64,000 nucleotides of DNA. Source: Owenia fusiformis. Its lineage: Eukaryota. The notes under the pieces were generated by a model. That model did no database searches. It saw nothing but the letters and a program-made list of their open reading frames with translations, and was not told the DNA's origin. The position numbers and the translations under genes were made by a program. Below, piece by piece: positions 32,370 to 43,896 of the stretch. The stretch's first letter is position 1. Every line of letters begins with the position of its first letter. The stretch lies in the NCBI GenBank assembly GCA_903813345.2, contig CAIIXF020000001.1:7316001-7380000 (forward strand), in the 5' to 3' direction.

Positions 32370-34768
32370 TGTGGGAAAATTTCATTTTTATATTGAGCCT
32401 TTTAAATTTTCCCATCTGTGCAGTTAGGGAAAGCCCTGTTTACTAGAGGGAATTCCAGGGTATTCCAACACAGGAAGGGGAATCCCCTCAATTGCTGCAA
32501 TGCAGTGCCCCTGATTTCAAAATGTGGTCACCTGTGCCTGTATGACTCATGCCATCACGAGATGAGAACGAAGGTCGCCATCTTGAAGGAAGCAGCGTGA
32601 ATCAAAGGTTGGGAGGAAATCCACATTTATCACACTTTAGAGTAGCCATCTGCCAAGGATTCGGGATTAATAACGAATGATAAAGCGGGAAGACGCACCA
32701 GGAGGTTCTTGAAGGAGAAACAACAGAGAAAACCTGAATTTTTGGCAACTTAGAGAAAGAAGCATTTATTCGGGTGAGGTTTTTCCTTTTTGTAATTTGA
32801 TTTTATGGCCAGCATGCTACTAGGTGCCTCTGACTGACTATAATTTTTAATTTCATGTGTACCAGAATTTGTAACTTTATGGCCAGCATGCTACTGGGAT
32901 GCCTCTGACTGACTGTAGTTATAATTCAACGGGTATTGAGATTTATCGTGCGTCGCCATTTTGTGTCCCAGACTTGCTAAAGTGAGATATTTGTCAGATT
33001 TAATGTAAAACAACACTGTGTCATTAATTGCCTAAAGTGTTGTCAAGAATTCTTCACAGTTCAGTGCTGTCCTAGGGGAAGCAGCAAGGAACAACCTGGA
33101 AGCAGCCTTGCATTATCGTTAGGTGAAATTGGGAAACTTCCCAAAACGGCGAACTAATTTTGTCAGTTGGTTTCACCGCTGACAGAAATAGTTCCAGGAA
33201 GACTTCCATCGCATCGGGCAGTGAGGAGCCTTCCCAGAAAACTCAAGAGCCATAGAGGCAGAGCAAGGCTAAAGAGCCAGAAGAGTCAAGTCAAGAGACA
33301 GCGTGAGCTTATTTTGTCAGTTGGTTTCACCGCTGACAGAAATAGTCCCAGGAAGACTTCAATCGCATCGGGCAGTGAGGAGCCTTCCCAGAAAACTCAA
33401 GAGCCATAGAGGCAGAGCAAGGCTAAAGAGCCAGAAGAGTCAAGTCAAGAGACAGCGTGAGATTATTTTGTCAGTTGGTTTCACCGCTGACAGAAATAGT
33501 CCCAGGAAGACTTCAATCGCATCGGGCAGTGAGGAGCCTTCCCAGAAAACTCAAGAGCCATAGAGGCAGAGCAAGGCTAAAGAGCCAGAAGAGTCAAGTC
33601 AAGAGACAGTGTGAGCTAATTTTGTCAGCTGGTTTCACCGCTGACAGAAATAGTTCCAGGAAGACTTCCATCGCATCGGGCAGTGAGGAGCCTTCCCAGA
33701 AAACTCAAGAGCCATAGAGGCAGAGCAAGGCTAAAGAGCCAGAAGAGTCAAGTCAAGAGTCACAGTGAACTATTTTGTCAGTTGGTTTCACCGCTGACAT
33801 AAATAGTTCCAGGAAGACTTCTAGAGCAACGAGCAGCTAGGAGCCTTCCCAGTAAGAAGAGGAACTAAGCTCAAGGGCCAGAGGAGCCAGGCTAAAGAGC
33901 TGAACGAGGAGCCAGAGGAGCCACGTTCGGGAGCCAGAGGAGCCAAGCTCAAGAGCCAGAGGGGCCGGGCTAAGGAGCCAAAGAGCTGGACGAGGAGCCA
34001 GAGGAGCCAAGTCCAGGAGCTAAAGGAGCCAAGCTCAAGAGCCAGAGGAGCCAGGCTAAAGAGCCAAAGAGCTGAACGAGGACCCAGAGGAGCCAAGTTC
34101 AGGAGCTCAAGGAGCCAAGCTTAGGAGCCAGAGGAGCCAGGCTAAGGAGCTAGAGGAGCCAGGCTAAAGAGCCAAAGAGCTGGACGAGGAGCCAGGCTAA
34201 GAGCCGAAGAGGAGCCAGAGGAGCCAGGCTAGGAGCCGAAGAGCCAAGTCCAGGAGCTAAAGGAGCCAAGCTCAAGAGCCAGAGGAGCCAGGCTAAGAGC
34301 CGAGGAGCCAGAGGAGCCAAGCTCAAGAGCCAGAGGAGCCAGGCTAGGAGCCGAAGAGCTGAACGAGGAGCCCGAGGAGCCAAGTTCAGGAGCCAGAGGA
34401 GCCAAGCTAAAGAGCCAAAGAGCTGGACGAAGAGCCAGAGGAGCCACGTTCAGGAGCCAGAGGAACCAAGTTCAAGAGCCAGAGGAGCCAGGCTACAGAG
34501 CCCAGGGAGCCAAGCAAAGAGCTAATAACGCAGCAACCGCCGACATCCATCCTACAAAGAGAATTATAGTGACATTTTAGTTTATGAACATTAAAGTGTT
34601 ATTTTCATGTGTTAATAGTTGTGTTAGAAATATATGTATTAAATTGGAAGCCATTTGTGACTGTCGTTTTATCCAGTCCACCAAACCAGGACTGGGCCCA
34701 CAGAGAAGTGTAAGGTGAAAAAGTTACTCATCGCTTCCAGACTATCAGCAAAAGTCTGGAACGCGACA
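32370..34768 (+). repeat. 3' LTR (2399 bp)
   Basis: Same termini; ORF-track translations inside both LTRs are identical at offset 6272. Confidence 0.95.
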
Positions 34769-36169
34769 ATATCATACATATATATAAATACATATAATAA
34801 TAATGTATGTATCTATCTAATTTGCATATTCTGTGCTGGCATATATAGATATATGCATCTGTATATATATGCATATATGTATCTATCTAATTTGCATATT
34901 CTGTGCTGGTTTACATGGCCCATAAGCCAATCAATTGATATTTTAGGTGAAATAAATATACGTGTTGCTGTGCTTGAAAATAGGCGAATGGCGTAAATTA
35001 GTCCTATTTTAATGAATTTTGAAAACCTTTCGTCCTCCACTTTTCCACATACAACAGAAAACACATACTTTTGTGAACAAAATCAACTAATTATTAATAA
35101 ACTAGAGTTTAGGAGCAAAATAATCATGTATGATTTATTAAAAATTGATCTCGTATTTTTTGTTTAATGTACACCTGAAAAGTTGAAGGTACCAAAAAAT
35201 GAGCAAAAAAGGTCGCTGTCAACAGATTCTATTTTTCAGACTCTATGACGTCACAATATGGGACGCTTACTAAAATTCATCCTTTGAAATAAAACTTCCA
35301 TCTACCTTTATCAAGACGAAAAATAAGTATAATAGTCATATATTGTTTGAGTTATGAGCGTATAAAGACGAAAAATAATTCAAAATGTAACGTGTCAACA
35401 TGGGATATTTGCCAGATGTTTTGGTAAAAAACTCTTTTTTAAAAACGAACGCGCAAAAAATGTGAACGGAGTGTAGTTGATCTAAAATCTTCATCGAAAC
35501 AGCTTTAAAATGATATATAACTTTAATTAGAATATTATCTTATATTCCGGGGAATCAAAGTTACACAAAGAAATTAGCAGGTGTAAGTGTCTTTGGGTGG
35601 CTATTTTTCTTCAAATTCTTCATTTTTTTGCCAGCTGTCAACACATTCTGGCAATGCTTTAATTTTAATAGAATTATTTTAATATTTTACTAACTGTATA
35701 ATATGTAGTTTGCATTACTGTTGATACATAAATAAATGATTGCACTGTTCAGTAAAGAAATATACCAATTGTATTATTTAAACTGACTATACACTATAGA
35801 AATGATTTTCATTGAAAAATCAAATCAGTACCAAAATTATGGTTACCCTGTAGTGGTGAAAGGCAAATTAAAAATGAATATCACCCCCTTCAATCTATTT
35901 TTACAGGTTTTTATGATTATTTCAGATTTTCTATAGTTTGCGTAACCAGGACGGTGAATTTTCTTCATTTTTCATCAAACATTTTGTCTTACCAATATTT
36001 ATTATATCTGTCAATTTTATCAAAATCGCGCCGCTACGTTTGAAAATAATTCAAATTATGTAGTTTTTCCCATTGAGCTCCATTATAAAAATGGAATTTT
36101 CAAACTTAATATTTTAAAATTCTACGCGGTGAAAAGTTGCATATTGAGTAGTTAGTAAATGTTATGGTG

Positions 36170-36790
36170 TTAAAAATTCAAAACAAAAAGGAATAAAGAA
36201 AAAATGCCACAGAGATGTCTCAATAGAGTATCTTTAAAGCACATTTCAAAGATATGCAGGACTTCCTCAATATTTGATTTGTATGACATAATGTGTAGGA
36301 AATTGTTTTCCTCAGTCATGTTAGAAAAGTCCTTATTTGACGTTTGAATTTTATCCAATAATATAGTGCGCTTACGTTCGTAGATTTTGCATGTCACAAC
36401 AAAGTGCAGCTCATTTTCAACACGATTATCTGAACATTTTTGTACATTTGCGTTCGTTTACATTTTTATTTTGTAAATAGTTTCTTTCTTTCTTAAAAGA
36501 TATTTTCAGTAGTGACAAATTGTTCAAAATGTATATTACTTTTGAATTTAATATAGGTTCACATTTTAATATTATAAGATGGGGCCCTTATATGGTTTGC
36601 TACCAGAGCTTTTTTTCATCTTCCACTGGTCATTGCATTTAGTGATAAGTTTTTGGTTAACAGATTTTAAGATTGTATTTTTAAGGATGAGTCGCAGACT
36701 GTATTTTTTATATTTCATGTGTGAAAGTAATTTGCTTATTTGGGAAATCTTTGGCAGCATACTTATGTGTGTCCAGTATTTAATTGCAGG
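36170..36790 (-). pseudogene. Degenerate 3' fragment of a non-LTR retrotransposon ORF2
   Basis: - strand reads ...KCSDNRVENELHFVVTCKIYERKRTILLDKI, the C-terminal CCHC-type motif of LINE ORF2; frameshifts and stops upstream. Confidence 0.6.
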
Positions 36791-39700
36791 CTAAGAGCAT
36801 ACTACAAGTTCTACACTTACTACGTAAACTACGCCACTACGCTGAAGTTGGGTCAGGTTACGAGAATATTACACGTACTGAACTTACTACACTTACTACG
36901 TATACTACAGTACTACGCTGGGGTTGGGTCAGGCTAGGGGTATACTACACTTAATACACTAACTATGTATACTACGCTACTACACTCTGGTAAAAATGAT
37001 CTAGACAAGCTTGCTCTCTGGGCTGCCACCTGGAAGATGCAATTCAAAGCTCAAATAAGTGCAGATATGATTTTTTCTAGAAGGAACATTTTATCTCATC
37101 CACCACCTTTGAGATTAGGTGCTGATGTTATCCCTAGCTGTGAGAATCACAAACATCTTGGCCTTAATTTTGACAATCACCTTAACTTTAATTATCACAT
37201 TGACCAGATTATAAAAAGAGTAACTTCTTTTTTGAGACCGATGATGAAGCTGAGTAAAATTATAAATAGTCAGCACTTAGAGATATTATATAATACTTAC
37301 ATTATGCCTCATCTTGACTATTGTGATGTCATCTACAACAAGGCATCTAACATGAAATTACAAGCTCTTGAAAGACTTCACTACAGAGCAGCTTGCCTGG
37401 TTTCTGGGGCTATACACGCTACTACGCTGGGGTAGGGTCAGGCTAGGAGCATACTACACTTACTACGTTTACTACGCTACTACGCTTGGGTAGGGTCAGG
37501 CGAGGAGCATACTACACTTACTACACTTACTACGCTACTACGCTGGGGTGGGGTCAGGCTAGAAGCATGCTACACTTACTAAACTTACTACGTATACTAC
37601 GCTACTACGCTGGGGTAGGGTCAGGCTAGGAGCATAATACACTTACTACACTTACTACGTATACTACGCTACTACGCTGGGGTGGGGTCAGGCTAGGAGC
37701 ATACTACACTTACTACGTATACTACGCTACTACGCTGGGGAAGGGGCAGGCTAGGAGCATACTACACTTACTACACTTACTACGTATACTACGCTACTAC
37801 GCTGGGGTAGGGTCAGGCTAGGAGCATATTACACTTACTACGTATACTACGCTACTACGCTTGGGTAGGGTCAGGCGAGGAGCATACTACACTTACTACG
37901 TATACTACGCTACAACGCTGGGGTGGGGTCAGGCTAGAAGCTTGCTACACTTACTACACTTACTACGCATACTACGCTACTACGCTGGGGTAGGGTCAGG
38001 CTAGGAGCATGCTACACTTACTACACTTACTACGTATACTACGCTACTACTCTGGGGTAGGGTCAGGCTAGGAGCATAATACACTTACTACACTTACTAC
38101 GTATACTACGCTACTACGCTGGGGTGGGGTCAGGCTAGGAGCATACTACACTTACTACACTTACTACGTATACTACGCTACTACGCTGGGGTAGGGTCAG
38201 GGTAGGAGCATACTACACTTACTACGTATACTACGCTACTACGCTGGGGTAGGGTCAGGCTAGGAGCATACTACACTTACTACACTTACTACGTATACTA
38301 CGCTACTACGCTGGGGTAGGGTCAGGCGAGGAGCATACTACACTTACTACACTTACTACGTATACTACGCTTCTACGCTGGGGTGGGGTCAGGCTAGGAG
38401 CATGTTTCACTTACTACACTTACTACGCATACTACGTATACTACGCTACTACGCTGGGGTAGGGTCAGGCTAGGAGCATACTACACTTACTACACTTACT
38501 ACGTATACTACGCTACTACGCTGGGGTGGGGTCTGGCTAGGAGCATACTACACTTACTACATTTACTACGCATACTACGCTACTACGCTGGGGTAGGGTC
38601 AGGCTAGGAGCATGCTACACTTACTACACTTACTACACTAACTACGTATACTACGCTACTACGCTGGGGTAGGGTCAGGCTAGGAGCATACTACACTTAC
38701 TACACTTACTACGTATACTACGCTACTACGCTGGGGTAGGGTCAGGCTAGGAGCATACTACACTTACTACGTATACTACGCTACTACGCTTGGGTAGGGT
38801 CAGGCGAGGAGCATACTACACTTACTACGTATACTACGCTACAACGCTGGGGTGGGGTCAAGCTAGAAGCTTGCTACACTTACTACACTCACTACGCATA
38901 CTACGCTTCTACGCTGGGGTAGGGTCAGGCTAGGAGCATGCTACACTTACTACACTTACTACGTATACTACGCTACTACTCTGGGGTAGGGTCAGGCTAG
39001 GAGCATACTACACTTACTACACTTACTACGTATACTACGCTACTACGCTGGGGTAGGGTCAGGCTAGGAGCATACTACACTTACTACGTATACTACGCTA
39101 CTTCGTTACTACGCTGGGGTAGGGTCAGGCGAGGAGCATACTACACTTACTACACTTACTACGTATACTACGCTACTACGCTGGGGTGGGGTCAGACTAG
39201 AAGCATGCTACACTTACTACACTTACTACGCATACTACGCTACTACGCTGGGGTAGGGTCAGGCTAGGAGCATACTACACTAACTACACTTACTAAACTT
39301 ACTACGTATACTACGCTACTACGCTGGGGTAGGGCCAGGCTAGGAGCATAATACACTTACTACACTTACTACGTATACTACGCTACTACGCTGGGGTGGG
39401 GTCAGGCTAGGAGCATACTACACTTACTACACTTACTACGTATACTACGCTACTACGCTGGGGTAGGGTCAGGCTAGGAGCATACTACACTTACTACACT
39501 TACTGCGTATACTACGCTACTACGCTGGGGTAGGGTCAGGCTAGGAGCATACTACACTTACTACACTTACTACATATACTACGCTACTACGCTGGGGTAG
39601 GGTCAGGCGAGGAGCATACTACACTTACTACACTTACTACGTATACTACGCTACTACGCTGGGGTGGGGTCAGGCTAGGAGCATGCTACACTTACTACAC

Positions 39701-41170
39701 TTACTACGCATACTACGTATACTACGCTACTACGCTGGGGTAGGGTCAGGCTAGGAGCATACTACACTTACTACACTTACTACGTATACTACGCTACTAC
39801 GCTGGGGTGGGGTCTGGCTAGGAGCATACTACACTTACTACATTTACTACGCATACTACGTATACTACGCTACTACGCTGGGGTAGGGTCAGGCTAGGAG
39901 CATGCTACACTTACTACACTTACTATGTATACTACGCTACTACGCTGGGGTAGGGTCAGGCTAGGAGCATACTACACTCACTACACTTACTACGTATACT
40001 ACGCTACTACACTGGGGTAAGGTCAGGCTAGTAGCATACTACACTTACTACGTATACTACGCTACTACGCTGGGGTGAGGGTCAGGCTAGGAGCATACTA
40101 CACTTACTACACTTACTACGCATACTACGTATACTACGCTACTACGCTGGGGTGGGGTCAGGCTAGGAGCATGCTACACTCACTACACTTACTACGCATA
40201 CTACGCTACTACGCTGGGGTAGGGTCAGGCTAGGAGCATACTACACTTACTACACTTACTACGTATACTACGCTACTACGCTGGGGTGGGGTCAGGCTAG
40301 GAGCATGCTACACTTACTACACTTACTACGTATACTACGCTACTACGCTGGGGTGGGGTCAGGCTAGGAGCTCACTACACTTACTACGTATACTACGCTA
40401 CTACGCTTGGGTAGGGTCAGGCGAGGAGCATACTACACTTACTACGTATACTACGCTACTACGCTGGGGTGGGGTCAGGCTAGGAGCATGCTACACTTAC
40501 TACACTTACTACGCATACTACGTATACTACGCTACTACGCTGGGGTAGGGTCAGGCGAGGAGCATACTACACTTACTACACTTACTACGTATACTACGCT
40601 TCTACGCTGGGGTGGGGTCAGGCTAGGAGCATGCTACACTTACTACACTTACTACGCATACTACGTATACTACGCTACTACGCTGGGGTAGGGTCAGGCT
40701 AGGAGCATACTACACTTACTACACTTACTACGTATACTACGCTACTACGCTGGGGTGGGGTCTGGCTAGGAGCATACTACACTTACTACATTTACTACGC
40801 ATACTACGTATACTACGCTACTACGCTGGGGTAGGGTCAGGCTAGGAGCATGCTACACTCACTACACTTACTACGCATACTACGCTACTACGCTGGGGTA
40901 GGGTCAGGCTAGGAGCATACTACACTTACTACACTTACTACGTATACTACGCTACTACGCTGGGGTGGGGTCAGGCTAGGAGCATGCTACACTTACTACA
41001 CTTACTACGTATACTACGCTACTACGCTGGGGTGGGGTCAGGCTAGGAGCTCACTACACTCACTACACATACTACGCTACTACGATGGGGCAGGGGTCAG
41101 GCTAGGAGCATAGTACACTTACTACACATACTACGTATACTACGCAGCTAGGCTGGGGTGGTCTCAGGCT
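36790..41170 (-). repeat. Satellite arm (right), reverse complement of the left arm, interrupted by a LINE fragment
   Basis: TACTACGCTGGGGTAGGGTCAGGCTAGGAGCATACTACACTTAC... tandem units. Confidence 0.97.
36992..37413 (+). mobile_element. Internal fragment of a CR1/L2-group LINE reverse transcriptase embedded in the satellite
   Basis: NDLDKLALWAATWKMQF...HKHLGLNFDNHLNFNYHI...LYNTYIMPHLDYCDVIY...LERLHYRAACLVSG is the RT C-terminal/thumb region. Confidence 0.85.
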
Positions 41171-43889
41171 ATGACTGTTTTCACATGGTCGTGCGGCACA
41201 TGCATGAGAGTTTTCATATAGGGCATTCGGGTGATTAGCGGCCATGTTAGACCTAATGAGGTCGCATGAGCTTACAAAACGCTTCTTCCAAAGTTTGATT
41301 AAATTGCAGTTTGATTTGCAAGCCCACGTTTATAAACTTATTAGGCCTGATAGGATCTGAATTGACCGTTGATGAGTTACTAGATATTAATCAAATCGGA
41401 TGACACAGGAAGAACTACCTAGAGGCCAAAATTATATGAATTAAAGCACCAAAATTTCTATTTTTTTATTCTGCCACTCTGATTTAAAAGTTTCAAAATA
41501 TTGAGGTATGTTACCTTCTTCTTAGGCTACTATATTGGCTAGAGATTAAATTGTCTACATTGACTGCCGAAACTGGATAATCATGTTAACGATGCATAAT
41601 ATTTTTGGAAAAATATAAAAAGAAATTCTGAAATTACTTTTGCGACGTCTTGATCCTTGGCTCTGATGCCTTGTACAGTAACATTAATATCCAGTGGAGG
41701 TACCGTTTCCTCCTTTGTATAATAGCCTAGTGAATGGCAACAGACGCAGGCCTGTCAAGTGTCCCGCAATTTGTGTATTTGCTGAAGAAATTGAAGTCAC
41801 GCCAGTATTTTTGCGTGACAGAATATGTCACACTGACACAAATACACCTCCTCTGATTATTGTCGAGCAAAAATCTATCTGGAGAAGAACATCAAAAAAA
41901 TAAATCACAGAAAAAATGTCATGTGAATTGCGCATATGTCACACATTTGCTTCGAAATTTTTGTCTCCCTGCCTGAAAATCAAGATATTCATGTAATTAT
42001 TAAACTATACTTTAATGTTTAGATGGCACCACAATTCATATCAAAGCTCAGGTGAAATTGTGGTCTTTCACCCTTTCATATATATGGAAAAGGCAAAGTA
42101 TTTTATTGGTCATATTGCACAGTGGTACTATAGGGGGGCACTACCTCTTAAGTATGCATTCTGCAAAAATACTGTTCATTCTTTTAAATATGAAGTTATC
42201 CCTATTCAAATAATATTATATCTAGCTTTATATATTTGACAACAACCCTGATATATACATATTTATGAAGCATAATTACAATGTTTGTCATTAGTTATGC
42301 ACTGAAATGGATGTGATGTGTGACACAATCATTCAAGAGACATCCCAAACTATACATCTGACATATAAAGAACAATGGGCTGATAACTCAACAAGGCGCT
42401 TATAGTCTATTATGATAAATAAACTATACTACCTGTACATGTAGTAAGTATACTATTCTTATGTATTGCTCTCATGTACATTGGCACTAGCATTGTTACA
42501 TATCTTTCATATAGCACAACCACTCAAATGCATGATATGTGGCGCTGAATGGTCATCAGCACTATCTTTTTTCATAGGGTTAACCACATATCCAGAATAT
42601 GGTATGATATTGAAATAAGACCATTATGCACACACCGTACATCATATTTTAAGTTCAAGTTTGAAGTACATGTTAAAGTCTTATACACTACAATGTAATT
42701 GAGAAATGTGTAAATCTAGGTGACAATACATGTATGCCCCATTCAAGGAGGTCAAAAGTTTGGCATCACCTGTTGTCTAAGTTTGAGAGCACCTAAGCAT
42801 TTCACAATCATCATTTACATCTATTGTGCTCCCGGGGTTTTCTCAAAATATCATTTTGGGTCTGCCAAAGTTCTGATTCATAGAAATGATAATATCTCTG
42901 ATATCAAGTCGTCATGTGTATCAAAAAATGGCAAATGATTTTACATTGAAGAGAAGGATGAAAATGAGATTTGGGATTTATTGGAGAAAAATTCTCAAAA
43001 AAATTCAACTGAAAATACAGTTCATTGTATCTGTGATATTTGCTCTAAATACAATTTAAGTATAGGCCTAAGATATGATATAGATGATTGTTTTCTCTAT
43101 TTGTACATGTAAATGAAATAAGTTTTTTGATACAGTATTGTCTTTGCTGTAACTTCATCTTTATCAGCATCTTATAAAGTCGAAAAGAAATGCTATTTAT
43201 GCAGCTCCTCTCTATTCTATTGTTGGTCATTCACCAAATGGGCTTTTGGCATATTTTGAGATGTGTCCTTGAAATTTGTACATTATTAATCTATTTGGCA
43301 AACATTCTTATCATTTTACATGTGAGAGTCAGTGTCCATGTATTATTTCTTACATCTTGCATGTGGTAAATCATTACATTAGATAACATTATAGCCTACA
43401 ATTTATGAAGCTTTGCAGTTCATATACATTGTAAGTGAAAACCTGGCAACATCTTGGGAAATAGCCTCATCATATAATTTCTAATCAGGACACAGTGGAT
43501 ATATAAATTCAAAAGGACTAAAAGCAAAATCAAACACTTTTTCACCGTCAAAAAGCAATGGATTTTAGGAAAAAATCAAGGCATTATCACATTCAAAATA
43601 AAATCAAACATTTCTGACTTGTTGGAATCAAGAAATGACTAAAATCTACGTAGCACCTTTAAATTAATCATTCCCTATTAAATATTAATCTGTGTTCTCT
43701 ACTTTAGGACTGAGTGACCTGATCAAGGCCAGTTGAAGAAGTAAGATGGCCCTGATTGGTTGGAATAGTGTGAGAGGTATTGCAAAACACTTATCTAGGA
43801 ACAGATCAGCTGTTTGTAGCACATGCATAACCTGTAAGCCAGCATTGCAGAGCAAGTTACAGTCTGTTTATATTTTACAAACTGCCAGT

Positions 43890-43896
43890 ATGTCGG
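43890..43896 (+). CDS. GADL1: Decarboxylase putative start micro-exon portion (ATG TCG G)
   Basis: ccagtATGTCGG|gtaagt; phase 1 joins GC TCC of the next exon. Confidence 0.6.

Larger units (their letters stand above)
26098..34768 (+). mobile_element. Gypsy/Ty3-like LTR retrotransposon, non-autonomous (Gag + protease only), 8671 bp
   Basis: TGT...ACA LTRs at 26098-28496 and 32370-34768, ATAT TSD (26094-26097, 34769-34772), PBS, PPT and a single long ORF. Confidence 0.95.
18619..34928. mobile_element. Second, nested fold-back DNA transposon with ~0.7-0.8 kb repeat-bearing TIRs
   Basis: AATCAATT|GGCTTATGGGCCATGTAAACCAG ... CTGGTTTACATGGCCCATAAGCC|AATCAATT. Left arm 18619-~19340; right arm ~25450-26097 plus 34773-34928 (split by the LTR element). 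The arms carry 5 and 6 copies of GGTCCCCAGTCCCCAGTTCCCAGTTTGAGATATCT units. Confidence 0.8.
10249..41289. mobile_element. Giant non-autonomous fold-back DNA transposon (Merlin- or MULE/Foldback-like) with satellite arms
   Basis: AAAGTTTG|GGTAAGAGCGTTTTGTAAGCTCATGCGACCTCATT... and ...AATGAGGTCGCATGAGCTTACAAAACGCTTCTTCC|AAAGTTTG. A ~115 bp unique terminal inverted repeat is followed by inverted satellite arrays; 8-bp direct repeat at 10241-10248 and 41290-41297. Confidence 0.8.

Noticed and set aside
26098-34768. Identical 2.4 kb duplication as an assembly artefact
   Set aside because: TG..CA ends, PBS, PPT and a verifiable TSD show a genuine LTR structure.
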